A DNA stretch of 64,000 nt, from assembly GCA_038131445.1 (NCBI GenBank), contig JAYPPL010000002.1:826-64825 (forward strand). The letters are read 5' to 3'. The notes below the pieces were generated by a model. That model made no database searches, had not been told where the DNA came from, and worked only from the letters and a program-made list of their open reading frames with translations. Origin of the DNA: Alphaproteobacteria bacterium (GTDB lineage Bacteria > Pseudomonadota > Alphaproteobacteria > UBA6615). The position numbers and the translations under genes are program-made. Numbering within the stretch: the stretch's first letter is position 1; the number at the start of each line of letters is the position of its first letter. Of this stretch, positions 21,155 to 31,588 are shown piece by piece.

Positions 21155-21180
21155 CCGTCCGAAACGCGATATCAGGGCGT

Positions 21181-21372
21181 ATGCGCAATTCGCTCACCCT
21201 TCCGGTCCTCGCACTCGTTCTGACCCTTTCCGCCCCGGTTGGCGGCAGCGCAGCGCAGGCGCTCGCCACGATCTCGGGCCTGCAGGGCAAGACGCTGATC
21301 TTCATTGCCGGCGACAACGAGTTTTCATCCTCGCGCCCAACCGTGCTGCTAGCCTTGGAGCTACTATTCTAG
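21181..21372 (+). CDS. small hypothetical protein with signal peptide (possibly the N-terminal relic of a longer gene)
   Basis: MRNSLTLPVLALVLTLSAPVGGSAAQA signal-like start. Codon quality decays toward the 3-prime end, which abuts the tgt stop. Confidence 0.3.
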   Translation: MRNSLTLPVLALVLTLSAPVGGSAAQALATISGLQGKTLIFIAGDNEFSSSRPTVLLALELLF

Positions 21373-21373
21373 C

Positions 21374-22609
21374 TCAGCCTTCCACCCAGTGCTTCCACAC
21401 GGCGGCGTAGTCGTCCGCCTCGATCGCACCGCGCACGGCACTCATCAGCCGGTTCATGAAACGGATGTTGTGGACTGCCAGAAATTGCCCGGCATTGGGC
21501 TCGCCCGCCTTAACGAGGTGATGCACATAGGCGCGCGAAACTGTGGTGCAGGTGGCGCAATCGCATTCGGGATCGACCGGCCCATCATCGGTGCGGAACC
21601 GCGCGTTCTTCAGGTTGATGAACTCGCGCCCGTCCTCCGTCTCGCCAAGGCCCGGCCGGATATAGGCGCTGCCGTGGCGGGCCAGACGAGTCGGGTTCAC
21701 ACAGTCGAAGGTATCGATGCCTTTAGCCGCGCCGTTCCACACATCGCGCACGCTGCCGACACCTAATAGATGGATCGGCCGCGATACGGGCGTCGCCGCA
21801 TTCAGGGGCGCCATCGCCATGGCGACGACCGCGTCCATCTCCGCCGCGTCACCGCCGAGGCAGCCGCCGACCGCGTAGCCGAAATAGGGCTGGGCGGCCG
21901 TGAACTCCGCGCTCTCGCGCCGCAGGTCCTCATAGACCCCGCCCTGGGTGATGCCGTAAAGCGCCTGCAGGCCCGCCGAACCTTCCGATGCACGTCCGAA
22001 CTCCGCGATGGAACGTTTTGCCCAGCGGTGTGTCAGCGCCATGGAGTTGGCCGTGTAGTCGCGGTCCACGTGGTAGGGCGTGCACTCGTCCAGTACGAGG
22101 ATGATGTCTGCCCCGATGCCGCGCTGGATGCGGATAGAATCTTCCGGTGTCAGGGTGATATTCGCGCCGTCGATATAGGATCGGAAAGTCGCGCCGTGCT
22201 CCTCAATCCCCAGCAGCGAGGGATCACGCGTGCTGTTGCGGTTACCCTTGATTTCCTTTGAGCCGCTGCCCTGGCCCAGCGAAAAAATCTGGAAGCCGCC
22301 GGAATCGGTCAGCATCGGCCCGTCCCATCCCATCATCTTGTGCAGCCCGCCCATCTCCGCGATGCGCTCGGCTCCCGGCTGGAGCATCAGGTGGTAGGTG
22401 TTCCCCAGCACGATTTGCGTACCCTCGGCCTTCGCCTGAGACGGCCAGACGGCGCGGATCGCACCGCGCGTCGCACAGAATATGAAAGCCGGTGTCTGGA
22501 TCACGCCATGCGGGGTCGTCAGCACGCCCCGGCGTGCCGCGTTCGGCCAACTGGTGTCAGCAGTGACGGTCTTCGTCACCTCAAACGAAAAGCCTGAGTA
22601 ATCGCTCAT
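21374..22609 (-). CDS. tgt: tRNA-guanine transglycosylase (queuine tRNA-ribosyltransferase)
   Basis: GNTYHLMLQPG, LTDSGGFQIFSL, VLDECTPY and the zinc site CDCATC...H. Confidence 0.93.
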   Translation of the reverse strand: MSDYSGFSFEVTKTVTADTSWPNAARRGVLTTPHGVIQTPAFIFCATRGAIRAVWPSQAKAEGTQIVLGNTYHLMLQPGAERIAEMGGLHKMMGWDGPMLTDSGGFQIFSLGQGSGSKEIKGNRNSTRDPSLLGIEEHGATFRSYIDGANITLTPEDSIRIQRGIGADIILVLDECTPYHVDRDYTANSMALTHRWAKRSIAEFGRASEGSAGLQALYGITQGGVYEDLRRESAEFTAAQPYFGYAVGGCLGGDAAEMDAVVAMAMAPLNAATPVSRPIHLLGVGSVRDVWNGAAKGIDTFDCVNPTRLARHGSAYIRPGLGETEDGREFINLKNARFRTDDGPVDPECDCATCTTVSRAYVHHLVKAGEPNAGQFLAVHNIRFMNRLMSAVRGAIEADDYAAVWKHWVEG

Positions 22610-22644
22610 GGTCCCCGGGCCTCAGCTTATACACGGGCGCACAG

Positions 22645-22668
22645 CAAAAAAGCCCGCGAAACGCGGGC
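22645..22668 (-). terminator. rho-independent terminator downstream of rpmB
   Basis: Minus strand reads GCCCGCG-TTT-CGCGGGC followed by TTTTTT. Located 27 nt after the rpmB stop. Confidence 0.6.
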
Positions 22669-22694
22669 TTTCTCTAAGCGGAGGAAATGCCGGT

Positions 22695-22982
22695 TCAGTT
22701 CGCGGCAACCGCGCTTTCCAGATCACGCTTCAGGCGGCGCAATTCGCGCGGAAGCTTGCTTGATGCCGTATCGCGAAGGAAGGCATCGACGCCACCCTTG
22801 TGCTCAATGGTGCGGATGGCCCTCGCAGTCAAGCTCACACGCACACCGCGCGACAGGGTCTCGCTGTAAAGCATGGTTGATTGCAGGTTTGGAAGGAACC
22901 GGCGGCGGGTCTTGTTGTGTGCATGACTGACGTTGTTGCCTGTCATCACACCCTTGCCCGTAATGGCACAGCGGCGCGACAT
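22695..22982 (-). CDS. rpmB: 50S ribosomal protein L28
   Basis: [34 protein letters not shown] is canonical L28. Confidence 0.95.
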   Translation of the reverse strand: MSRRCAITGKGVMTGNNVSHAHNKTRRRFLPNLQSTMLYSETLSRGVRVSLTARAIRTIEHKGGVDAFLRDTASSKLPRELRRLKRDLESAVAAN

Positions 22983-23070
22983 TATCTCGCTCCATGAATG
23001 AGTTGCGCGCCCCGAAAGGCACGTTGACGGCAGGTTCTAGGCGAAGCGCCCGGTGGGGTCAAGCCAAACG

Positions 23071-24081
23071 TCATGACGTTTTTACGGGGTTTCGGCCGTC
23101 GCGAAACGACTCCAGAAGTATCTGCGCGGCCGTCGACGGGGTCATTTCCGTCTCGGACACCCGATTTTCTAGTTCGGCGAGCAATTTGCGCACATCGGGA
23201 TGCCGCCGGAAGGCGGATAGCAGGTTCTCATCCACCTCCCCCCACATCCAGCGCCGGGCCTGTTCGGCGCGGCGCGCCTCGAACGCCCCGGATGTGCGCA
23301 TGAGGGCCGCGAACTCGCCGATCCGGTGCCAGACCTCGCTAATTCCCGTGCCTTTCAGCGATGAACAGGTCAGGACGGGCGGAATCCAGTCCGACGTCGT
23401 CGGATGCAGGAGACGCAACGCGTTGGCGTATTCGGCGGCCGACCGCCCGGCCACATCAGCCAGGTCGCCATCGGCCTTGTTCACCACCACCATGTTGGCC
23501 AGTTCCATGATGCCCTTCTTGATGCCCTGCAGCTCGTCTCCGCCGCCCGGCAGTAACAGCAATAGGAACATATCGACCAGATCCGACACCGCCGTTTCCG
23601 ACTGGCCGACGCCGACGGTCTCGACCAGCACCACTTCGAAGCCAGCAGCCTCGCAGGCCAGCAACACCTCGCGCGTGCGCCGTGCGACACCGCCCAGTGT
23701 GCCCGCCGTCGGTGACGGACGGATGAAGGCATCCGGATTGCGCGAAAGCTGTTCCATGCGGGTCTTGTCCCCGAGGATAGATCCGCCGGTGCGCCGCGAG
23801 GACGGATCGACGGCCAGCACGGCGACCTTATGACCCGCCGCAATGACGTGCTGGCCGAAAGTCTCTATGAAGGTGGACTTGCCAACACCTGGTACCCCCG
23901 AGATGCCGACACGGATGCTTTTGCCCGTATCTGGCAGCAGGGTTTCTAGCAACCGCTCCGCATGAGTGCGGTGATCCTCTCGGGTGGACTCGATCAAGGT
24001 GATCGCGCGCGCCAGAGCAAGCCGGTCGCCGCTCCGTACCTTTTCGGCCAGTTCCTCCATATCGCTGATGCCCAACGCCAT
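23071..24081 (-). CDS. meaB: methylmalonyl-CoA mutase-associated GTPase MeaB (ArgK)
   Basis: LARAITLIES, P-loop GVPGVGKSTFIE, and VETVGVGQSE. Confidence 0.92.
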   Translation of the reverse strand: MALGISDMEELAEKVRSGDRLALARAITLIESTREDHRTHAERLLETLLPDTGKSIRVGISGVPGVGKSTFIETFGQHVIAAGHKVAVLAVDPSSRRTGGSILGDKTRMEQLSRNPDAFIRPSPTAGTLGGVARRTREVLLACEAAGFEVVLVETVGVGQSETAVSDLVDMFLLLLLPGGGDELQGIKKGIMELANMVVVNKADGDLADVAGRSAAEYANALRLLHPTTSDWIPPVLTCSSLKGTGISEVWHRIGEFAALMRTSGAFEARRAEQARRWMWGEVDENLLSAFRRHPDVRKLLAELENRVSETEMTPSTAAQILLESFRDGRNPVKTS

Positions 24082-24109
24082 CGCCTCGTCCCGGTTTTAT
24101 GCGCGCAAC

Positions 24110-24583
24110 CTAGCGCGTATTGGTACGTTTTGTTAGGAACGGTGCGCGCACCGGCTTTCCGTCCACAGGCGACGACAGCACCAGCGAACTGCGCACCGGC
24201 CCGATCTTGCGGAACCGCGAGACAACATCCTCTAGATCAGCCACCGACCCGACCGCGACCCGGATCAGAAAGCTGTCTTCACCGATCACGTGATGACACT
24301 CGATGACCGAGTCGAGACTTTCCGAAAGGCTGGTCACGCGGCGGAAGTCCTGGTCCGACACCGTCAGCCGCAGGAAGGCTTCGATACCCCGTCCAACTGC
24401 GGGACGCGCGACCCGTGCCGTATATCCGGTGATGACGCCCGCAGCCTCCAGCTTGCGGATGCGCTCGGCTACCGCCGGCGTGGACATGCCAACCCGCCGT
24501 GCAATTTCACGGAAGGATAACCGCGCGTCATCCTGGACGACATTGAGCAGATTCCGGTCTGCCGGATCGAGCGAAACTTCCAT
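24110..24583 (-). CDS. Lrp/AsnC family transcriptional regulator
   Basis: LDPADRNLLNVVQDDARLSFREIARRVGMSTPAVAERIRKLEAAGVITGY (HTH) plus a C-terminal RAM-like domain. Confidence 0.88.
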   Translation of the reverse strand: MEVSLDPADRNLLNVVQDDARLSFREIARRVGMSTPAVAERIRKLEAAGVITGYTARVARPAVGRGIEAFLRLTVSDQDFRRVTSLSESLDSVIECHHVIGEDSFLIRVAVGSVADLEDVVSRFRKIGPVRSSLVLSSPVDGKPVRAPFLTKRTNTR

Positions 24584-24955
24584 TTGGTAAGGCCATGTTC
24601 CTCGTGGTAGGTCAAACGCATCAAATAACCTTTATATACATACCATATGATTGATAAAAACATAATTATTATTCTTTTTTGTTAATTTTTTTATCAAAAC
24701 GTCACGATCGGAAGGCCGATAGAACCTAGGCCTTACAAACGTCATAAACATCGAAACAGGCTGGGAAACCAGCTATTTGAGACGATCTACCATGCACGAC
24801 AGCAGCAGGCAGGCTTTGCCGACATCGGCAGTCAGCAGGCGCTCGAACTCCCGAAGGTAGCGAATCGTCAGCGTCCGCCAGCCTGATCGTAGGAATTTAG
24901 GGCTGGCTGGTCATCACCCTCGTCCGGCCACGCCCCCTAGTTCTCGGACATGGGA

Positions 24956-27112
<2,157 letters not shown>

Positions 27113-27476
27113 TTACCGGCTCATGTACTGGTGTGCGTTTGTTGAAAAGTATAGTCGGTGGGAGAGGACGGGTCTATCGAACGCCCTTTAACCAGACGTT
27201 AAGCGCAGGAACGGTGCCGGCTCCCAGAATCCGCGCAATACCGCGAGCCCGGCCAGCATCTCCGTGACCGCAGGATCGTCTGCAAAATTCTGCGAAAATC
27301 CATATCGTGCTTGGGCAGTCCCGCTGCCTCGTTGAAGCGTACTGTGTCCGTTCACTGCGGCTACAACGCCTCGGGCGGGAGATCGAATGCCCAGATCCAT
27401 TGGCGGCTGTGAACAGCCATGCGGACCTCTTCTGCAGAGCGCCGCACGCTAGCAAACAGAATCATCCGAGGGATGC

Positions 27477-28352
27477 CTACCAAATCAGGCCGGGGATCGC
27501 ATAGGTCGGCATCGCAGGCACGTCCGCGAGCAGTTCCGACAGGGCTTTCGCATCCGGCAAGTCACCATAGGCGACACCTAGGCGCTCGCCCGCAATCCCG
27601 CTCACCACGAAGGCCGACGCCAGCCCGGCGCCCGTCGCACCGACGATATCCGTACCCAGCCCGTCGCCGATCATCAGCACCCCATCACGATCCGGTGAAC
27701 CGATGGAATCCAGCACGGCGTCGAAGACCGGACGGTAGGGCTTGCCGTGCCATGCGACGTCGCCACCGAACCGAGTCTCATAGGCTTCAGCCATGGCGCC
27801 CGCGCAAATTTCGCGCCGGTCGCCGCGTAGAACCTCACGGTCGGGATTGGTACAAACCATCGGCAGGCTCCGCGCCGCCGCGCGCTCCAACTCAGGCAAA
27901 TAGTCGTTCAGGGTATCGCCCGCTTCGCGCGGCCCGGTGCAGATCACAAAATCGGCGTCCTCGATCAAAGCCTCGGCTTCGATGGAGGGGTTGTCGAGCA
28001 TGGGGCGGTGGCGCTCCGGGCCGATAAAGGCCGCCTTTGGGCCCAGGCGCGCATGCCAATCGTCCCGCCGGTCACGGATGGCGTGCCAGGCGACCTCACC
28101 GGAACAGAAGATATTGTCATAGATATCATCGGGGATGCCGATCTGCTCCAGCACCGTGCGCACACCCGAAACGCGGAACGGTGCGTTGGACAGCAGAACG
28201 ATCCCCGCGCCCGCCGCCTTGAATTCGGCCAGGCATTCGACCGCGCCCGGCAGCGGCGCGATCCCGTTGTGGAGTGTACCCCAAAGATCGACGATCAAGT
28301 GATCGAAACGGTCTACGAGCGGGGAGAGATTGGGCAGAAATTCGACTGACAT
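27477..28352 (-). CDS. HAD-IIA family hydrolase
   Basis: ATG 28352. Motif I FDHLIVDLWGTLHNG, LLSNAP, and C-terminal MIGDGLGTDIVGA. Confidence 0.75.
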   Translation of the reverse strand: MSVEFLPNLSPLVDRFDHLIVDLWGTLHNGIAPLPGAVECLAEFKAAGAGIVLLSNAPFRVSGVRTVLEQIGIPDDIYDNIFCSGEVAWHAIRDRRDDWHARLGPKAAFIGPERHRPMLDNPSIEAEALIEDADFVICTGPREAGDTLNDYLPELERAAARSLPMVCTNPDREVLRGDRREICAGAMAEAYETRFGGDVAWHGKPYRPVFDAVLDSIGSPDRDGVLMIGDGLGTDIVGATGAGLASAFVVSGIAGERLGVAYGDLPDAKALSELLADVPAMPTYAIPGLIW

Positions 28353-28451
28353 GGGGATGGCGGAGCTGTGACGGTTTCCCCGGGCGTATGCCACGCCCGC
28401 CGCGCCGAAGAAAGCCAGATTTATCAGTGGGTACGCCGTCACTTAGTCGGA

Positions 28452-28849
28452 TCAGCTGATGCGGGGCTCACCGAAAAGGTAGCCTTGGCGCAAATTGATC
28501 CCGTAATCGAGCAAATCGACCAGTTGGCGCTCGTCCTCGATCTTCTTAACGATCGAGTCGAGTCCGTCGCGGTCCAGCCATCCTTGATGCCAGACGCCCG
28601 GACGCCAGCACTCAGCGATTCCTAATCCAAACGGAAGAACTGCGCATCGACCTTAACGAAACGAAAGTTCTTTGCGGACAGGCCCTGCAGGACCTTCACC
28701 TCCGACACCATCTGCAAAACCCGCTGCTCACCGGCCTTGCCGACCTTTTCCAGCGACTCACGCATCTGCAAAGCCTGGGTCTGGGTGTTGAGCAAGTCAT
28801 CCGCGATTTCCCGAGTCCGCCGGCGCATAAGGATCAGTTCCTCATTCAT
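28452..28849 (-). pseudogene. remnant of an EAL-domain (c-di-GMP phosphodiesterase-like) gene
   Basis: Coiled-coil start MNEELILMRRRTREIADDL... runs into ...LQGLSAKNFRFVKVDAQFF, then TAG. A second frame continues ...WLDRDGLDSIVKKIEDERQLVDLLDYGINLRQGYLFGEPRIS*. Only the last EAL motifs are present; the catalytic core is missing. Confidence 0.4.
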
Positions 28850-29002
28850 TCGGCGCTCGCGATCGCCGAAGCGAGGACGAAGTAGAACGCAACAAAAATT
28901 GCGTGAACAAGCAAAGGCATGGCTGAGAGGACTTTTGCTGCCCAAGCCTTGCGATATGGTTAACGAAATCGCGGTGGAAATTAACCGGCCACGATTGTCG
29001 GC

Positions 29003-30175
29003 CTAACGCTCAGCCGGCAGGGCCAGCTCAACCAGCTCCGCCCAGTAGGACACGCCGATAGGAATGATCTCGTCGTTAAAGTCGTAGCCGGGATTATGAA
29101 GCATGCAGCCACCCTCCACGTCGCCGTTGCCCACCCAGATATAGGAGCCCGGCTTTTCGCACAGCATGTAGGCGAAGTCCTCCGCCCCCATGCTGGGCAC
29201 CGGACTCCGATCGATCGCGTCGGCGCCGACCACGGCCGCCGCCGCAGCAACGGCCTGCTCGGTCTCCTCGACGGAGTTGACGGTCGCCGGATACAGCTTT
29301 TCGTAACGCAGTTCCGCCGTGGCTCCATACGCGGCACAGATTCCGTCGGCAATGCGTTTCATGGCCGGCGCCACGCTGTCGCGCACCTCTTCGCGGAACG
29401 AGCGCACCGTGCCGGCCAGATGCACCTCGCCGGGGATGACGTTGTAGGCATCCCCGCCGTGAATTTGCGTGACTGTCACCACGAGCGCATCGACAGGATC
29501 GGTGTTGCGGCTGGCGATGGATTGCAGCGCGCCGACCAGCTCACATGCGACCAGAACGCTATCAACGGCCTGGTGCGGCATCGCGCCATGCCCGCCCTTG
29601 CCACGGATATAAAGGTCGAAGGTGTCAAAGGCCGCCATCATCGGACCGGCCGACGCGCCAACCCTTCCGACGGGCATGCCGGGCCAGTTGTGCATGCCGT
29701 ACACGGCCTCCACGGGGAATCGGTCGAACAGGCCTTCCCTCACCATCACCTCGGCGCCGCCCGCACCCTCCTCGGCCGGCTGGAAGATAAAATAGACCGT
29801 GCCGTCAAAGTCCTTTGTTTCAGCCAGGTATTTCGCCGCGCCGAGCAGCATGGTGGTGTGACCATCATGGCCGCAGCCATGCATTTTTCCTGGTACCGAG
29901 GAGGCGTGGGCGAAGTCATTGCCCTCTTGCATCGGCAGCGCGTCCATATCCGCGCGCAGCGCGATGGCCCGGTTGCCGGTCCCTGCCTTGAGTTTGCCGA
30001 CCACACCCGTTTTCGCAATACCCGTCTCGACCTCTATGCCGAAGCTCTGCAGCCGTTCCGCGACCAGCGCCGCTGTACGTTCCTCCTCAAAGGCAAGTTC
30101 CGGATGGGCATGCAAATCGCGCCGCCATTCCGTCAGCAGCGCATGGTCGCGTTTGATCTCTTCGCGGATGTTCAT
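29003..30175 (-). CDS. M20 family amidohydrolase (hippurate hydrolase / N-acyl-amino acid amidohydrolase type)
   Basis: LHAHPELAFEE, MHGCGHDGHTTMLLGAA, FIFQPAEEG. Confidence 0.88.
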   Translation of the reverse strand: MNIREEIKRDHALLTEWRRDLHAHPELAFEEERTAALVAERLQSFGIEVETGIAKTGVVGKLKAGTGNRAIALRADMDALPMQEGNDFAHASSVPGKMHGCGHDGHTTMLLGAAKYLAETKDFDGTVYFIFQPAEEGAGGAEVMVREGLFDRFPVEAVYGMHNWPGMPVGRVGASAGPMMAAFDTFDLYIRGKGGHGAMPHQAVDSVLVACELVGALQSIASRNTDPVDALVVTVTQIHGGDAYNVIPGEVHLAGTVRSFREEVRDSVAPAMKRIADGICAAYGATAELRYEKLYPATVNSVEETEQAVAAAAAVVGADAIDRSPVPSMGAEDFAYMLCEKPGSYIWVGNGDVEGGCMLHNPGYDFNDEIIPIGVSYWAELVELALPAER

Positions 30176-30197
30176 CCCGTTCTACTTCCTATCCGGC

Positions 30198-31031
30198 TTA
30201 CAACACCCGGTGGTTCGCCACCGGGATGCGCGCACGGACCTGATTGAGATAGCCCAGATCGATATCGGCGCTAGCATGGCCCGCCCCCTCGCCTGCCTGG
30301 GCAAGGATATGACCCCACGGGTTAACGATCATCGTGTGGCCCCAGCTTGCCCGCTCGTCATTACCTTCGAAATAGGCGCCGGTCTGCGCGGCGGCTACCA
30401 CATAGGTCTCCGTCTCGATGGCGCGAGCGCGCAATAGCACCTCCCAGTGATCTTTGCCGGTCTGGAGCGTGAACGCCGCGGGGACCATTATAACGTCGGC
30501 TCCGGCTTCCGCGAGCGCTCGGTAAAGCTCGGCGAAGCGCAAGTCGTAACAGATGCTGCACCCGATGGTGACTTCGCCTGCCTTATAGGTAACCACCTCA
30601 CGGCCCGCGCCGAAGGTGTCGGATTCCCTGTAGCTGCGCCCGTCGGGCGTGGTGACGTCGAACAAGTGGATCTTCCGGTAGCGCGCCAACTCCGCTCCCT
30701 CCCGGTCCAAGGCGATGGTGGTGTTGAAATAGCTGTCTCTATCCTTCTCGATAAAGCTGCCACCGTGTACGAAGACACCGTGCGCGCGCGCGATTCCGCG
30801 CAACGTCTCATAGGCCGCGCCGCCGTCGTCGCCTGCTTCGGGCAACTCCTCAGCGGCCGCGCGCTTGTCGGTAACCGACGACCCCATGAAGGCAAACACC
30901 TCCGGAAACACCAACATGTCGGGCCGGTCGCGCTCGACCGCCCGGGCAGCCAACAGCCGCGCCTCGGCAAGGTTCACCGCCTTATCGGAACGGGTGTTCA
31001 TCTGTATGGCACTGATTTTCATGACGAACAT
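30198..31031 (-). CDS. carbon-nitrogen hydrolase family protein (Nit-like)
   Basis: MKISAIQMN...FPEVF...RYRKIHLFD...CSICYDLRFAELY (Glu-Lys-Cys triad context). ATG at 31031 or 31022. Confidence 0.85.
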   Translation of the reverse strand: MFVMKISAIQMNTRSDKAVNLAEARLLAARAVERDRPDMLVFPEVFAFMGSSVTDKRAAAEELPEAGDDGGAAYETLRGIARAHGVFVHGGSFIEKDRDSYFNTTIALDREGAELARYRKIHLFDVTTPDGRSYRESDTFGAGREVVTYKAGEVTIGCSICYDLRFAELYRALAEAGADVIMVPAAFTLQTGKDHWEVLLRARAIETETYVVAAAQTGAYFEGNDERASWGHTMIVNPWGHILAQAGEGAGHASADIDLGYLNQVRARIPVANHRVL

Positions 31032-31081
31032 CCTATGACTTCTCGGTAAAACCCGCTAGCAAGTGTGCTGAATACGGAGGC

Positions 31082-31489
31082 TTGATTTTGGCGATTGATC
31101 TGATCGCCCCCGTCATCTTGTCCGGCGGTTCGGGCACGCGCCTTTGGCCGATGAGCCGGCGCGACGTCCCGAAACAGTTCCTGCCGCTGATGGGCGACAA
31201 GACGATGCTGCTCGATACTGCACTGCGCATCGGCGTGCCGAGCCTGTTCGCGCCGCCGCTGGTGGTTTGAAAAGATGAACACCGCTTGTTGGTAGCCGAG
31301 CAGCTCCGCCGCCAGGAGCAGCCGCCGTAAGGCATTTTGCTGGAGCCGGTGGGCCGCAACACAGCGCCCGCCCTGACAGCCGCCGCCTACACGCGGGCCA
31401 TAGTGGACAAACGCGAACTGTCCCCGATCGAGGTGCAGGCCGGAGCGAATGCGGGCAAGGACGAGTACAAGCGCCTGCAGGACGACTGA
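31082..31489 (+). pseudogene. decayed 5-prime fragment of mannose-1-phosphate guanylyltransferase (manC/xanB-like)
   Basis: PVILSGGSGTRLWPMSRRDVPKQFLPLMGDKTMLLDT...PPLVV(TGA)KDEHRLLVAEQLRRQEQPP(TAA)GILLEPVGRNTAPALTAAAY. The two stops are in frame at 31268-31270 and 31328-31330. Similarity ends after ~100 codons of a ~470 aa family. Confidence 0.7.
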
Positions 31490-31588
31490 GCCTGTCACTT
31501 GAATCTGGCCCGGGGAGGGCCTTGCTACCGCCTGCATGGACGCCTAACTTTCGTCGCAACGCAACACCTCTACTAACGGAAACACATT

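Noticed and set aside
27113-27180. Cobalamin riboswitch upstream of scpA (also checked upstream of meaB and cobS)
   Set aside because: I could not recognise a B12-box or the conserved riboswitch core by eye. A covariance-model scan would be needed to exclude it formally.
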